Below the pieces are notes generated by a model. The model did no database searches, was not told the DNA's origin, and saw nothing but the letters and a program-made list of their open reading frames with translations. The position numbers and the translations under genes were made by a program. A DNA stretch of 64,000 bases from Mustelus asterias (lineage: Eukaryota), in the NCBI RefSeq assembly GCF_964213995.1, contig NW_027590119.1, forward strand, positions 2,170,001-2,234,000, read 5' to 3'. Each line of letters begins with the position of its first letter. Position 1 is the first letter of the stretch. Shown here in pieces: positions 49,064 through 63,885 of the stretch.

Positions 49064-51545
49064 CATAGAACCATAGAAAATTACAGCTCAGAAACAGGCC
49101 TTTTGGCCCTTCTTGTCTGTGCCGAACCATTTTTTGCCTAGTCCCACTGACCTGCACTTGGACCATATCCCTCCACACCCCTCTCATCCATGAACACGTC
49201 CAAGTTTTTCTTAAATGTTAAAAGCATTTACCCCTTTATCCGGCAGCTCATTCCACACTCCCACCACTCTCTGCGTGAAGAAGCCCCACCTAATATTCCC
49301 TTTAAACTTTTCTCCTTTCACCCTTAACCCATGCCCTCTGGTTTTTTTCTCCCCGAGCCTCAGCGGAAAAAGCCTACTTGCATTCACTCTATCTATACCC
49401 ATCAAAATCTTATACACCTCTATCAAATCTCCCCTCAATCTTCTACGCTCCAGGGAATAAAGTCCAAACCTATTCAATCTCTCTCTGTAACTCAGCTTCT
49501 CAAGTCCCGGAAACATCCTTGTGAACCTTCTTTGCACTCTTTCAACCTTATTTACATCCTTCCTGTAACTAGGTGACCAAAACTGTACACAATACTCCAA
49601 ATTCGGCCTCACCATGCCTTATATAACCTTACCATAACACTCCAACTTTTATACTCGATACTCCGATTTATAAAGGCCAATGTACCAAAGGCACTCTTTA
49701 CGACCCTATCCACCTGTGACGTCACTTTTAGGGAATTCTGTACCTGTATTCCCAGATCCCTCTGTTCAAATGCACTCTTCAGAGTCCTACCATTTACCCT
49801 GTACGTTATTCTTTGGTTTGTCCTTCCAAAGTGCAATATCTCACACTTGTCTGCGTTAAATTCCATTTGCCATTTTTCAGCCCATTTTTCTAGTTGGTCC
49901 AAATCCCTCTGCAGGCTTTGAAAACCTTCCTCACTGTCCACTACACCTCCAATCTTTGTATCATCAGCAAACTGCTGATCCAATTTACCACATTATCATC
50001 CAGATCATTGATATAGATGACAAACAACAATGGACCCAACACCGATCCCTGCGGCACACCACTAGTCACAGGCCTCCACTCAGAGAAGCAATCCTCCACA
50101 ACCACTCTCTGGCTTCTTCCATTGAGCCAGTGTCTAATCCAATTTACTACCTCCCCATGTATACCTAGCGACTGAACCTTCCTAACTAACCTCCCATGAG
50201 GGACCTTGTCAAAAGCCTTGCTGAAATCCAGGGAGACAACATCCACCGCCTTCCCTTCATCCACTTTCCTGGTAACCTCCTCGAAAAACTCTAATAGATT
50301 GGTCAAACATGACCTACCACGCACAAAGCCATGTTGACTCTCCCTAATAAGTCCCTGTCTATCCAGATATTTGTAGATCCTATCCCTTATCACACCTTCC
50401 AATAACTTGCCCACCACCGACGTCAAACTTACTGGCCTATAATTTCCCGGATTTCTTTTGGAACCTTTTTTAAACAACAGAACAACATGAGCCACCCTCC
50501 AATCATCCGGCACCTCCCCCGTAAATACTGACATTTTAAATATGTCTGCCAGGGCCCCTGCAAGTTCAACACTAGCTTCCCTCAAGGTCCGTGGGAATAC
50601 CCTGTCCGGTCCTGGGGATTTATCCACTCCGATTTGCCTCAAGACAGCGAGCACCTCCTCCCCTTTAATCTGTAAAGGTTCCATGACCTCCCTACCAGTT
50701 TGCCCTATTTCCGTAGACTCCATGCCCGTTTCCTCAGTAAATACGGATGCAAAAAAACCATTTAGTATCTCCCCCATCTCTTTTGGTTCCATACACAGTC
50801 TACCACTCTGGTCTTCAAGAGGACCAATTTCATCCCTCACTATCCTTTTGCTCCTAACATACCTATAGAAGCTCTATGGATTTGCCTTCACTCTGTCTGC
50901 CAAAGCAACCCTCATGTCTTTTTTTAGCCCTCCTGATTTCCCTCTTAAGTAGCTTCTTGCACTTTTTATACTCCTCGAGCATCTGATCTGTTCCTTGCTG
51001 CCTGTACATTTCGTACAACTCTCTCTTCCTCTTAATCAGTGTTACAATCTCCCTCGAGACCCAAGGTTCCTTATTCCTATTTACTTTGCCTTTAATCCTG
51101 GCAGGAACATACAAACTCTGCACTCTCAAAATTTCTCCTTTGAAGGCCTCCCACTTTCCATTTACATCCTTACCAGAGAACAGCCTGTGCCAATCCACAC
51201 TTCCTAGATCCCTTCTCATTTCATCAAAATTGGCCTTTTTCCAGTTCAGAACTTCAACCCGAGGACCAGATCTATCCTTATCCACGATCAGGTTGAAACT
51301 AATGGCATTATGATCACTGGATCCAAAGTGTTCCTTCGCACTCACATCCATCACCTGCCCTAACTCATTTCCCAATAGGAGATCCAGTATCGCATCCTCT
51401 CTAGTTGGCACCTCTATATACTGATGTAGAAAATTCTCCTGAACACATTTTACAAACTTTACCCCGTCTAAACCTTTAACAGTATGCGAGTCCCAATCTA
51501 TATGTGGAAAATTAAAATCCCCTACTATCACAGCTTTGTGTTTCT
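49064..51545 (-). mobile_element. Young CR1/HER1-type LINE (end of endonuclease plus RT), few frameshifts
   Basis: [36 protein letters not shown]; (ccatagaa)n tail. Confidence 0.97.
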
Positions 51546-54500
51546 TGCTGTTTCAATCTGACTATTTTGCTGCCAACATTGACTTATCTGTCTTTAAAAA
51601 TCTGTTGGAAAATGGATAAATCGCATCTCGAATGACGAGGAGATTACTGGAAATTGATCTTCTTCGTGTCTCACTAAAGTTCCTGATTTTCGACTCAATT
51701 ATGTGCTGATTTGTGAAAATGATGGCGGAAGTGACCGTGGATATATAGCCGACAGGAGATAATTACATCTGTAATTCTCAGACTTCTTATTCCTATTAAT
51801 GCAAAGGATTGAAACATCTGCTGTTCTCCAGAGATCTGTTTAACCGTTACATTCGCCAATTCCATGGTAACCATCCTAAGTATTTTCTACTGTGGAAAGG
51901 TTGTACAATCTCGGTAACACGACGAATCAGGATCAGGTATATTATGAGGGTGGCCAGACCTTGTGTGATACAAACAGTGATATTGCCTGGTGAACATGGA
52001 CAGTAGCTGTTCAAGATGGCAGCTCATCACCACTTTGTCAGGGGCAATTAGGGAAGGGCAACAGATGCCAGTGATGCCCACATCCCATAAATGATTAAAA
52101 ATTATGCAGTAACAACAGAGACAGAATCTAATCTAATATAGACAGATATGCTGGCGCAATGATAACATAAACTGGCCGGGAGAGTCATGTAAGCTAATGC
52201 ATTAGATATATAGAATAAGAGAGACAGAACATGATATAACATTTAAATAAACAGTTTGTTCCGTGTGATCATTCTAGAAAAAAGTAAATTGTCCAATAAT
52301 AATTGGCAGGCGTCAAACGTAGGAAAACCAGATATAGGTTCCAATTCACAACTGATTGGGTAACGGTTTCGAAAAATAATCATAGAGAATTAGAATATTA
52401 TAATTTGAATGGCCGGCCCCGGTGTTTCACTAACAGAGACAGCTGGGCCCGGAGTCAGACTGGGACCTGATATAAGGAAGCATATCTTTTCGAGGGCCTT
52501 GTGCAGGTTTCCTTGTCATGACGAGTGATGCAGTGATTTGTGTGGCAAACACGGATTGGAAACCGATGACAGCCGCAAGAATGACTGACTCCACCTGACA
52601 AAGAGCTGTTATTCCCATGGGGGGGGGGGGGGGGGGTGGATCAATCATGGTGGACTCCAAAAAATTCTGTCATCTGAGGTAACAATGGTGAATCTGTTAG
52701 AGGAACAGAAAATAACATGCTCCTTCTCATTCTTACAAACAGTTCCACATTTCCAGTCAGAATTGGGACATGTGAAGACTGAAAAGACGAAGTATGAAAA
52801 TATCATCGGAGGCAAAACGAATAGTGCAATAACTGTTAAGGATTATTGCACTTTTCCGAAACAAGTTCGATCCAATGCTAATTTGTTCAAAGTGATGGCT
52901 TGTAAATAGAATTGAATAATTAAATTTCGGCATCGTTCCTGGCAAATGTCCACCACCAACCCTCCCATCCCCCCCTCCCCCACCGCGCACACACACGCAC
53001 GCACATACACACACACACACACACACACGTGTTGCCAAAAGATAAGATTAGCACAAGACGACAGCTGTATAAATATTGCATCTTATTCAGTCTCAATGAA
53101 GGACAGGGGGAGACTCAAAAACGATGCTAGGACAATGGTGCATAAGAACCATTAAAATGGACCTGTTCTCGAAAATCCTTCACATTTTACTCCATGAAGG
53201 ATATATCTCATTTATTTTCAAAGTTACTGTGAAATCTGATTCGATCACCCTCTGAAGCTGTTCATTCCAGTCCACAACAACTTTTGTGTAAAAGTAAACA
53301 ATCACATTTCTGTCTCTCTGCTCAATAAAATAAATCTGTGCCCACTGGTTGCTGACCGTCCTCCCAGTTGAAATATCCTCTCTTTAATTACCCCACTCAA
53401 AACGTCATGATTTTGAACACGAATAAAAGTGTTCAAAACACTGGCAAGGAGATAGAGAGAGAGAGACACCGGGAGAGTTAGGAGAAAGAAAAACGGGGTG
53501 CTGACAGATAAAAGCTGAAGAACAAAAAATAAATAGCAGATGGAGAGAAAATGATCGAACAATGCAAGATAACAGCTATCATTTCCTTTCTTCACGAAAC
53601 CTGGGAGAGCTCAGTGACTGATCCACTGACCATCCAGTTATGTCCTGGAATGGAAACTCTGAACAGATCGCACCAGACTCATTTGTAAATGTCACCACAA
53701 TGTGATCTTTATAACTCTGCCCTGGCTCTGTGGACAGATATAGGCCGCACTGACAGATGTTCTCGTCAGATTGTGGCCCCTGGATTTATTTTCTGCTCAG
53801 AAGTGAGATGTGTGGTTTGGAACTGGCAGCAAGAATCAGGAAGTTATATTACCTGAGAATGAAACAAACGGGGCCAGTTTAATGTTATCACCGTGAACAG
53901 TCTTCCTGCCTGCGAGGGTGAACTCATTCTGAAAGCTTCAAGAACAGTCACAGAATTGCTGCCGGTCGCAGCATTACATTCACTTCGATTGCCATGTTAA
54001 TGAATCAAGAAAATGATCATATTTGGGGTTTAGGTAGGTTAATTGAAAGGAAGATGGATTGAAAATTATCGCTGAGAGAAAAGATGGAAAATTAAAGCAA
54101 CATTTTTCCCCGCACAGGTGTTCTAAAATAGAAAGTTTAAGTGTGTTAGGTGTTGTGTGAGTGAAATCGAGGAGAGCGTATAAAAGAGTGAACTGGTCTG
54201 TTTCCGGCACTGAATTTTCCTCTGTTGAGATTGTTCTGTTTCATCTTTTCAGTCACAAGTTGCCTTAAGCATGAAAGTTAAACATTTTTGAACGAGTAGC
54301 CAGATCCGGCTCATGGGTACCTGTGTAAGTGAGCTAAAGGAGATTGAGAGAGAGAAGAGAGGTTTTCCGATTTAGGTCTTGTCTGAGACAGAGAAAGAGA
54401 GGAGAGAAGTTCAGTGAGTCATTTGAAAGATGCAATGCCTTGGCAGTGGAATGGCCAGCTGTATATCACATTCAGAGCGTCCAGAGCAGTTCATTAACTT

Positions 54501-55339
54501 TAGGCATTGACTGAGGCAAAGAATGTGCAAGTAAATACTGAACAAATTACCATAAAATTCTTAAAACTAATTGCAATTATTTACATAGGATTTATGACTG
54601 GTACATCACATTGTTATGGGCATAGGGTCCACTTCGGGCTTGTGTAACTGTCTGTCTGGTTTTTGCAAATTGTGTGCGTGGGTTTCCGCCAGGTTTACCG
54701 CTTTCCTCCTGCAGTCCAAAGATGTGCAGGTTAGGAGGAGTGGTCATGCTGAATTGTCCCTGAGAATCCATTTGCAGTCCAACGTGGCATACGTTTACTG
54801 TATTCCTCAATTTCTTTTGAACAAGAGGATGTTACAAGATTCATCCCATGCTTTCAACAAATTATTGCACACAATACGTGAGCAACTAGATATGATGTGC
54901 AACACCGAATATTTATTAACAAGATGAAATGCATACTTCCAACCGCTTTCATCCACACGAATACGTTTCATTTCTTAAGTTAGTATCTATTTATTTAAAG
55001 TTAATTTATTAGTCACATGTCGGCTTGCATTAGCACTGCAATGAAGCGGCTCTGAGAATACCCCAGTCGCCACACTCTGGCAGCTGTTCGGGTACACTGA
55101 GGGAGAATTTGATATTCCCAATGCACCTAACTAGCACAGCTTTGGAATGTGGAAGGAAACCGACACAGACACAGGGAGAACGTACAAACTCCACACATAT
55201 AGTGACCAAGCCAGGAATCGAACTCGAGTCCCCAGCACTGTGAGGCAGCAGTGCTAACCGCTGCTAACCACTGCGCCATCCAGCTAGCTTGGTCTTCCTC
55301 TTTTTCCATCCATCAGACGCATTTTATAGAAAATTAGTA

Positions 55340-57250
55340 ACTGAGGCAGTGCCTGCTTTTTTATTCGGACCCAATGTAATGCAACGTGAGGTACGGGTGT
55401 GCTCAGTAGTGCATGACATACAACCTACCAAAAATAATATCTGAGATGGAACCTAATGTAACATATGTGGACTATTGACTGAGCAACAACAGCTCAGAAA
55501 TGATTAATTGTAGCATATATCACGGCATGTCTTCATGTAATATAAAGGAAGCGGTACGTAATGTAATGTAAACAGATACAAGGTATATTGCAATAATGAT
55601 TCAAATGAATCAAATGCAGTATATAAAGAGGCATGGCCTAGTGCATTACTGTATACGACTGCACCAAATGGGTTATTGCAGCGAACATCGTCAAGTACAG
55701 TACTAACTGAGACAGGGTTAATTGTAGCCCTAATAGATCAAGGCCCAGTCCGTTAATAAATTAAACTTCAGGTTGCGTTATATAGTGCAGAAAGAAAGAT
55801 AAAACGAGATATGGTGGCGTACAGACATGACTGAGACAACTCCTGTGCAATAAAAAAAAATTACATGGTTAAATGCAGTAATAACAGAAGGAGGGGCAGT
55901 GTAATAAAACTAAACTCAATATATAGTGAAATTTAAGCAGATACATCGTCGTACCATAGTAAGCAATAGAACAAAAATGGCCATTAATATGTTCCTCGGA
56001 ATCATAACCTAATTCAGTAATAAAATGCTATGAATCCTGGAGGATGAACTGCAGTGTTGACTGAGGGAGGAGAGAGAGAGAGAGAGACAGATGGACAAGT
56101 GCACTAATATCACTCCATTTATGATGAATGATCTGCTGAGTGTTTCTGGCAGTTCATTTTTCAGATCCCATGCATCCGCAGTATCTTGTTTTTGAGCAAG
56201 GAGATATTTGAACAGATTACTAAAAGGACGATCAATACAGGGACAGTTTTATGCCTTGATTTAGACGAGGAAAGTGAGATAAGGAGATTTAGGGAGGGAA
56301 TAACAGAGCTTCGGGCCTGGGCAGATTAACACATCCCAAACTGAAAAATAATTTTGAAGATAAGAATGGAAATTGCAGAAAATATATATATTGAAATTCT
56401 ATTCAAACATAACTTGTTCTGTGGCCATTTCGTTTTATTTCTTTCTGAAACAGATGAACAATGAACCATTGGTTAGAAAATTGGCCTGTGGGAGCCCATC
56501 TGGCGATATTGCGAGTACAAAATTCTGTCTCATACCGCCAGTGTATCAGTTGAATGCTATTAATAAAATACGACAGGCGAAACAATCTTTATCGCTAAAA
56601 TCTGCAGCAAATTGACATAGTGCAGCACAATCTACAACGAATAAAAGGCATCATAACAGAGATTCCTAAATATATTGCAAAGAGCACTGCACTATTGTTC
56701 ATATTGACCTGTCCCTCAATGCCAGTTTATCACTGAGAAAATGTTATAACGTTCACGCTAAATATTACCCACACAATAGCAGAGTGATTAGACGTTTCTC
56801 ACAGCTACTTATAAATATTAGTAAAAAATAAACCGACTGTTTCAAACAAGAATGATTGGTATCGGACAGGCACACCCACATATATCATGATTGATAATAT
56901 CTCGACAGGCAACATATTCATGGTCGCATGTTGGATTAACAGAGACAGGCTCTGATGTAATGTAAAGAGACAAATCCTGTGTAATATAAAAAGAGGTGGG
57001 ATCCGACGTAATATAATCAGATCTGTGGTCCACTGTAGGACTAATTGAAAGGACCTGATGTAGCATAAATAGAGAAATGGCTGAGTGTAGCATAACGAGA
57101 AAAACGACCGAATGTAGTATAAAGAGAGACAGGGTCCACTACCATATCATTAAAGACTGGGTCTGGTACAACATAAATAGAAGTATGGACTAGTGTAATG
57201 TAATCAGAGGATTGATTCAGTTAATTAATAACTAATAAAGCAGGGTCTTC
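55340..57250 (+). repeat. Highly degenerate ~27-28 bp minisatellite
   Basis: Recurring gagaca(gg)gtccagtgtaatataa-like units, clearest at 56935-57250. Confidence 0.65.
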
Positions 57251-57869
57251 TACATACTGGCCCTATTGCCAATGGATAGCGTTTTCTTCCTAATGAGCAA
57301 AACATGCTCATTCATAACTTTGAACTTCTGTACTAAATCTCCCATAAACTGCACTGTTCTAAAGGAAAGAAACTCCGCGTTCAGCTGTTCTGATAGTGTA
57401 GCTCATGCATGATGAACGTCAAGCTCCACACCACCTTCTGCCTCGCATGTTTCCCGATGTCATGTTAGGAATTGATGGAACTTTCACATGGATTCTCATT
57501 AATCAATGGCATCGTGTCAGAATAAGATTCAAGGCTAAGAAAAGACTTGCTTCTGACAATTAAATGCATCAGTGAAATATTGGACACAGATCTCAGAGTT
57601 TAGACACACTGAGCTCAATGTTATGTCAAAACACAGAACTGTGATCGGTTAACAGTCTTATCCCAGTGGAATCAACATCATTTTTGAGTCAAATGCTAAT
57701 GTGCTCAATTCCCACAACAGATACCTGAGCTCATGATACAACCTGTGACAAAGTGCTGAATGTTCAGTTGTTCCATTATTGGATGTGATGATATTTCAGT
57801 CCAAGGTGTAGCATACAATATTATTATTAAGCTTGTATTCCAGAAGCTTGAAGTAATGCTCTGCGGGCA

Positions 57870-59098
57870 AGAACATAAGAAATAGGAGCAGGAGTAGGCC
57901 ATCTAGCCCCTCGAGCCTGCCCCGCCATTCAATAAGATCATGGCTGATCTGACGTGGATCAGTACCACTTACCCGCCTGATCCCCATAACCCTTAATTCC
58001 CTTACCGATCAGGAATCCATCCATCCGCGCTTTAAACATATTTAGCGAGGTAGCCTCCACCACCTCAGTGGGCAGAGAATTCCAGAGATTCACCACCCTC
58101 TGGGAGAAGAAGTTCCTCCTCAACTCTGTCTTAAACCGACCCCCCCCCCTTTATTTTGAGGCTGTGTCCTCTAGTTTTAACTTCCTTGCTAAGTGGAAAG
58201 AATCTCTCCGCCTCCACCCTGTCCAGCCCCCGCATTATCTTATAAGTCTCCATAAGATCCCCCCTCATCCTTCTAAACTCCAACGAGTACAAACCCAATC
58301 TCCTCAGCCTCTCCTCATAATCCAAACCCCTCATCTCCGGTATCAACCTGGTGAACCTTCTCTGCACTCCCTCCAATGCCAATATATCCTTCCTCATATA
58401 AGGGGACCAATACTGCACACAGTATTCCAGCTGCGGCCTCACCAATGCCCTGTACAGGTGCATCAAGACATCCCTGCTTTTATATTCTATCCCCCTCGCA
58501 ATATAGGCCAACATCCCATTTGCCTTCTTGATCACCTGTTGTACCTGCAGACTGGGCTTTTGCGTCTCATGCACAAGGACCCCCAGGTCCCTTTGCACGG
58601 TAGCATGTTTTAATTTGTTTCCATTGAGATAGTAATCCCATTTGTTATTATTTCCTCCAAAGTGTATAACCTCGCATTTATCAACGTTATACTCCATTTG
58701 CCATATCCTCGCCCACTCACTCAGCCTGTCCAAATCTCTCTGCAGATCTTCTCCGTCCTCCACACGATTCACTTTTCCACTTATCTTTGTGTCGTCTGCA
58801 AACTTCGTTACCCTACACTCCGTCCCCTCCTCCAGATCATCTATATAAATGGTAAACAGTTGCGGCCCAAGTACCGATCCCTGCGGCTCGCCACTAGTTA
58901 CCTTCCTCCAACCGGAAAAACACCCATTTATTCCGACTCTTTGCTTCCTGTCGGATAGCCAGTCCCCAATCCACTTTAACACACTACCCCCAACTCCGTG
59001 TGCCCTAATCTTCTTCAGCAGCCTTTTATGGGGCACCTTATCAAACGCCTTTTGGAAATCCAAAAACACCGCATCCACCGGTTCTCCTCCATCAACCG
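57870..59098 (-). mobile_element. CR1-type LINE, 5'-truncated
   Basis: 315-aa RT ORF ([17 protein letters not shown]). Confidence 0.95.
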
Positions 59099-60058
59099 CA
59101 AGGGTTCAAATTCCACCCCAGCAACTGGGGAATTTCAATTCAATTAATTGATTAAGCTGAATCAAACATCGTTGTCTTATTAATAACAATCATATTTCGG
59201 CAAAGTTCATCTTCTTCTCTGATGTATTTTAGGAGAGGAAATTTTACTTCTTACTTGTAAGACATATAAAATTGCCAGAAGAAGCAACAAGCCTGAGGGT
59301 TTGGAATGTTTTAAAATTCAACAAAAGAAGACACAATGTGCGAGGGGGGAAAGAGAGAATGAAAGTATAATGGCAGGAAGCAGAGAAACTAATTGTACAA
59401 GCTTCTCTGAATATCTGAAGAGACAAAGATTATTTAAGACAAATTAGGTAGCTTCCAGTCACAATCCAGGGAAATTATAATGGGGAACAAAGAAATGTTG
59501 GATGAATAGAACACAAAGTTTGACTCCATCTTCACAAAAGGGGACACAAATATCCTCCCAGAAATGTTAGGGAACCAAGAGCTAGTTGGCATTGAAGAAC
59601 ACCAGTGTTAGTAGCAAAATCATGCTGGGGAAATTAATGGGGTGAAATGCTGATAAATCACTAAGGCCTGAGAATCTACATCCCAGAGTATGAATGAAAA
59701 TGGCCCTGAAAATATTGGGTGCATTGGTGTCATCCTCTAAAATTCTATACACTCTGGATTAGTTCCTTTAGATTGGAGGGTGACAAATGAAATCCCAATA
59801 TGTACAAAGGAAGGGAGAGTAAAAATGTTGAATTACAGCCTGACATTAGCATAAGCGAAGATGTTAGAGACTGTTATCAAAGACATGATAGCAAAATATT
59901 TGGAAAGCATTAACGGAATTTGATGAAGCCAGCATGGGCTTAAGGAAGATATGTCATTCTTAACAAACCTACTTGCGTTTTCTGAGGCTGTAAGTAATAG
60001 AATAGTGAGGGGGGGCGGGGGGGGGGGGGGATGGAGGGAGGGGGGAGGGAACCAGGGT

Positions 60059-63000
60059 ACATAGAACATAGAAACATAGAAATAAATACAGTACAAACAG
60101 GCCCTTCGGCCCACAAGTTGCGCCGGTCATGACGCTACCTACCTAGGCTTATATAAAGGCTTATCTATAACCCTCAATCCTGTTAAGTCCCATGTACTCA
60201 TCCAGAAGTCTCTTAAAAGACCCTATCGAGTTTGCCTCCACCACCACTGATGGCAGCCGATTCCATTCGCCCACCACCCTCTGAGTGAAAAACCTACCCC
60301 TGACATCTCCTCTGTACCTACTCCCCAGCACCTTAAACACGTGTCCTCTCGTAGCAGCCATTTCAGCCCTGGAAAAAAGCCTCCGAGAATCCACCCGATC
60401 TATACCTCTCAACATCTTGTACACCTCTTTCAGGTCACCTCTCAGCCTTCATCTCTCCAAGGAGAAAAGACCGAGCTCCCTCAGCCTATCCTCATAAGGC
60501 ATGCCAACCAATCCAGGCAACAGCCTTGTAAATCTTCTCTGCACCTTTTCAATCATTTCCACATCCCTCCTGTAATGAGGCGACTAGAACTGAGCACAGT
60601 ACTCCAAGTGGGGTCTGACGAGGGTCTTATAAAGCTGCATTATTATCTCCTGACTTCTAAACTCAATCCCTCGATTGATGAAGGCCAGCACACCATACGC
60701 CTTCTTAACCACCCCCTCTACCTGCGAGGCCGATTTAAGAGTCCTATGGACCTGGGCCCCAAGGTCCTTCTGATCCTCTACACTGCTAAGAGTCGTACAC
60801 TTGATATTATACTCCTTCATCCCATTCGACATGCCAAAATGGACCACTACACATTTATCCTGTTTGAAGTCCATCTGCCACTTCTCTCCCCAGTCTTGCA
60901 TCCTATCAATGTCACACTACAGCTTCTGACATGCGTCCAACCTATCCACAACACCACCAACCTTCGTGTCGTCGGCAAACTTACCAACCCTTCCCTCCAC
61001 TTCCTCATCCAGGTCATTTATGAAAATGACAGACAGCAAGGGTCCCAGAACAGATCCCTGGGGCACTCCACTGGTGACCGACCTCCGTTCAGAAAATTAC
61101 CCGTCTACAACCACTCTCTGCCTTCTGCAGGCAAGCCACTTCTGAATCCACAAGGCAACAGCCCCTTGCATCCCATGCCCTCTCACTTTCTTGAGAAGTC
61201 TTGCATGGGGTACCTTATCGAACGCCTTGCTGAAGTCCATATAAACCACATCTACCGCTTTTCCTTCATCAATGTGTTTAGTCACATTTTCAAAGAACTC
61301 CACCAGTCTCGTAAGGCACGATTTGCCTTTGACAAGGCCGTGCTGACTACGTTTGAGCATACGAAACTCCTCTAAATGTTCATAAATCCTGTCCCCCAGG
61401 ATCTTCTCCATCAACTTACCAACCACTGAGGTTAGACTCACCGGTCGGTAATTTCCTGGGCGATCCCTATTCCCTTCCTTGAATATAGGAAACACATCCG
61501 CAATCCTCCAATCCTCCAGAACCTCTCCCGTCTCCATCGACGACGCAACGATCATCACCAGAGGCTCTGCAATCTCTTCCCTCACCTCCCACAGTAACCT
61601 GGGGTACATCCCATCCGGTCCCGGCGACTTATCTATCTTGATGCTATTCAAAATTTCCAACACATCCTCTTTCTTAATGTCCACATACTCAATCTTTTCA
61701 GCCCACCTCAGTCCTGTAGTACAACCACCCAGGTCTTTTTCCACCGTGAATACCGAGGTAAAATATTCATTAAGCACCTCTGCTATTTCTTCCGGTTCTG
61801 TACAGACTATCTCACCTACACCTTTTATAATTCCTATTCCATCACATCTCATCCTTTTACTCTTCACATATTTATAGAACGCCTTCGGGTTCTCCTTAAT
61901 CTTACCTGCCAAGGCCTTCTCGTGATCCCTTCTGGCTCTCCTAATTTCTTTCGTTCCGACAAGCCGTCTACTCATCTAGATCCCTATCATCGCCTAGCGC
62001 TCTGAAGCTTTTGTACGCTTTCCTTTTCTTTCTCACTAGGTTCAGCGCAGCTTTCGTGCACCATGGTTCCCGTAACCTACCAACACCTCCCTCTCTCATC
62101 GGAACGTTGTCATGCAGAACTCGAGGCAAACATTCCTTGAAAATCTGCCACCTTACTTCAGTGCTTTTCCTCGAGAATGCCTCCTTCCAATTTACACATC
62201 TAATCTCCTGCCTGATGGCTTCATATTTCCCCTTACTCCAGATAAACACTTTCCTAGCTTGCCTGATCCTATCTCTTTCCAATGCTTGCGTAAAGGAGAT
62301 AGAGTAATGATCACTATCCCCAAGATGCTCTCCCACTGAGAGATCCGACATCTGGTACTGGCTCATTAGCCAGTACCAGGTCGAGTACAGCCTCTCCTCT
62401 TGTAGGCTTATCCACATGCTGTGTCAGGCAACCCTCCTGAACACACCTAACAACCCCCTCCCCATCCAAACCCCTTACTCTATGGATATTCCAATCGATG
62501 TTTGGGAAATTAAAGTCTCCCATCACGACAACCCTGTTATTCCTACATCTCTCCAGGATCTGTTTCCTATCTGCTCCTCAACATCCCTGTTACTATTGGG
62601 CGGCCTGTACAAAACACCCAGCAAAGTTATCGACCCCTTCCCGCTCCGAACTTCCACCCACAGAGACTCCGTAGACAATCCCTCCACGGCTTCCACATTC
62701 TCTGCAGCTCTGACACTATTCCTGATCAGCAGTGCCACTCCCCACCCCCCTCTTTTGCCTCCCTGTCTGTCCTTTCTGAAACATCTGAAACCCGGCACCT
62801 GAAGTATCCAGTCCTGTCCCTGTCCCCAAGTCTCCGTAATGGCCACCACATCACACTTCCAAGCATCGATCCACACTCTAAGCTCATCCACTTTATTCAC
62901 TACACTCCTGGCATTAAAATAGACATATCTCAAACCTTTGGTTTGAGCTCTCCCCTTCCCCATCACCCGTCTATTCTCCCTCTTACACTGTGTACAATCC

Positions 63001-63390
63001 TTCTCTATTTGCGAGCTAGCCTCCTCGCTCTCAGTCACCTCATCACGATTCCCTCCCCCCAACCTTTCTAGTTTAAAGCCTCCCCAGTAGCCTTAGCCAA
63101 CCTTCCTGCCAGGATATTTGTCCCCCTGGGATTCAAGTGCCACCCGTCTTTTTTGTACAGGTCACACCTTCCCCTAAAGAGGTCCCAATAATCCAGGAAA
63201 CTGAATCCCTGCCCCCCGCTCCAGTCCCTCAGCCACGCATTCATCCTCCACCTCACTCCATTCCTGCTCTCACTTTCCCGTGGCACAGGCAACAATCCTG
63301 AGATTACTACCTTTGCGTTCCTCCTTCCCAACTGTCTACCTAACTCCCTATATTCTCTTTTCATTACACCTTCCGTCTTCCTACCTATGT
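60059..63390 (-). mobile_element. Long CR1/HER1-type LINE with end of ORF1 (SGNH esterase-like) and frameshifted ORF2 (APE + RT)
   Basis: ORF1 VVISGLLPVP...DLYKKDGWHLNPRG; APE YFNARSV, VVAITETW, GDFNFPNIDW, SDH; [22 protein letters not shown]; (catagaa)n tail. Confidence 0.95.
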
Positions 63391-63609
63391 CAGCGTGCAT
63401 GTACGTGGTGCATTTGCACTTTCAGAAGACATTTGAGACGGTTCCTCGTAAAATATTAGTAGGTCAAATTAAAGCACGTGGGATAGGGAATAATGTATTG
63501 ACATTTGTGTAGAATTCGTTGACAGACAAGAAACAGAGAATGGAAATACATGGGTCTTTTTCCGAGTGGCAGTCAGCGACTGGTGGGGTACTTCATGATC
63601 CCAACTTAT

Positions 63610-63885
63610 ATTATTTATTTATTAGTCACATGTCGGCTTACGGTAACACTGCAATGAAGTTACTGTGAAAAACCTCGAGTCACCACACTCCAGCGCCTGT
63701 TCGGGTACACTGAGGGAAAGTTCAGCATGGCCAATGTCCCTGAGCTGCACGTCCTTCGGATTGTTGGAGGAAACCGGGGCACCCAGAAGAAGTCCATGTA
63801 AGCACGGGGAGAACGTGCAGACTCCGTACAGAAAATGACCCAAGCCGGGAAGCGAACCCGGTCCCCGACCCCGTGCCACCGTGGG
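63610..63885 (-). mobile_element. HE1-related SINE variant
   Basis: Core cggggagaacgtgcagactcc with an alternative acactgcaatgaagttactgtgaaa tail; same type at ~55000-55280 and ~33815-33990. Confidence 0.65.

Noticed and set aside
51800-52006. ORF with RYIRQFHGNHPKYFLL resembling V framework 2
   Set aside because: No Cys/Trp anchors, no YYC and no RSS nonamer; at most an unrecognisable relic.
53600-53900. Possible leader donor plus V-like start on the - strand
   Set aside because: No WYRQ, YYC or RSS; not supportable.
60341-61375. 344-aa + strand ORF and similar ORFs (e.g. 58068-58613)
   Set aside because: Antisense shadow frames of CR1 RT sequence.
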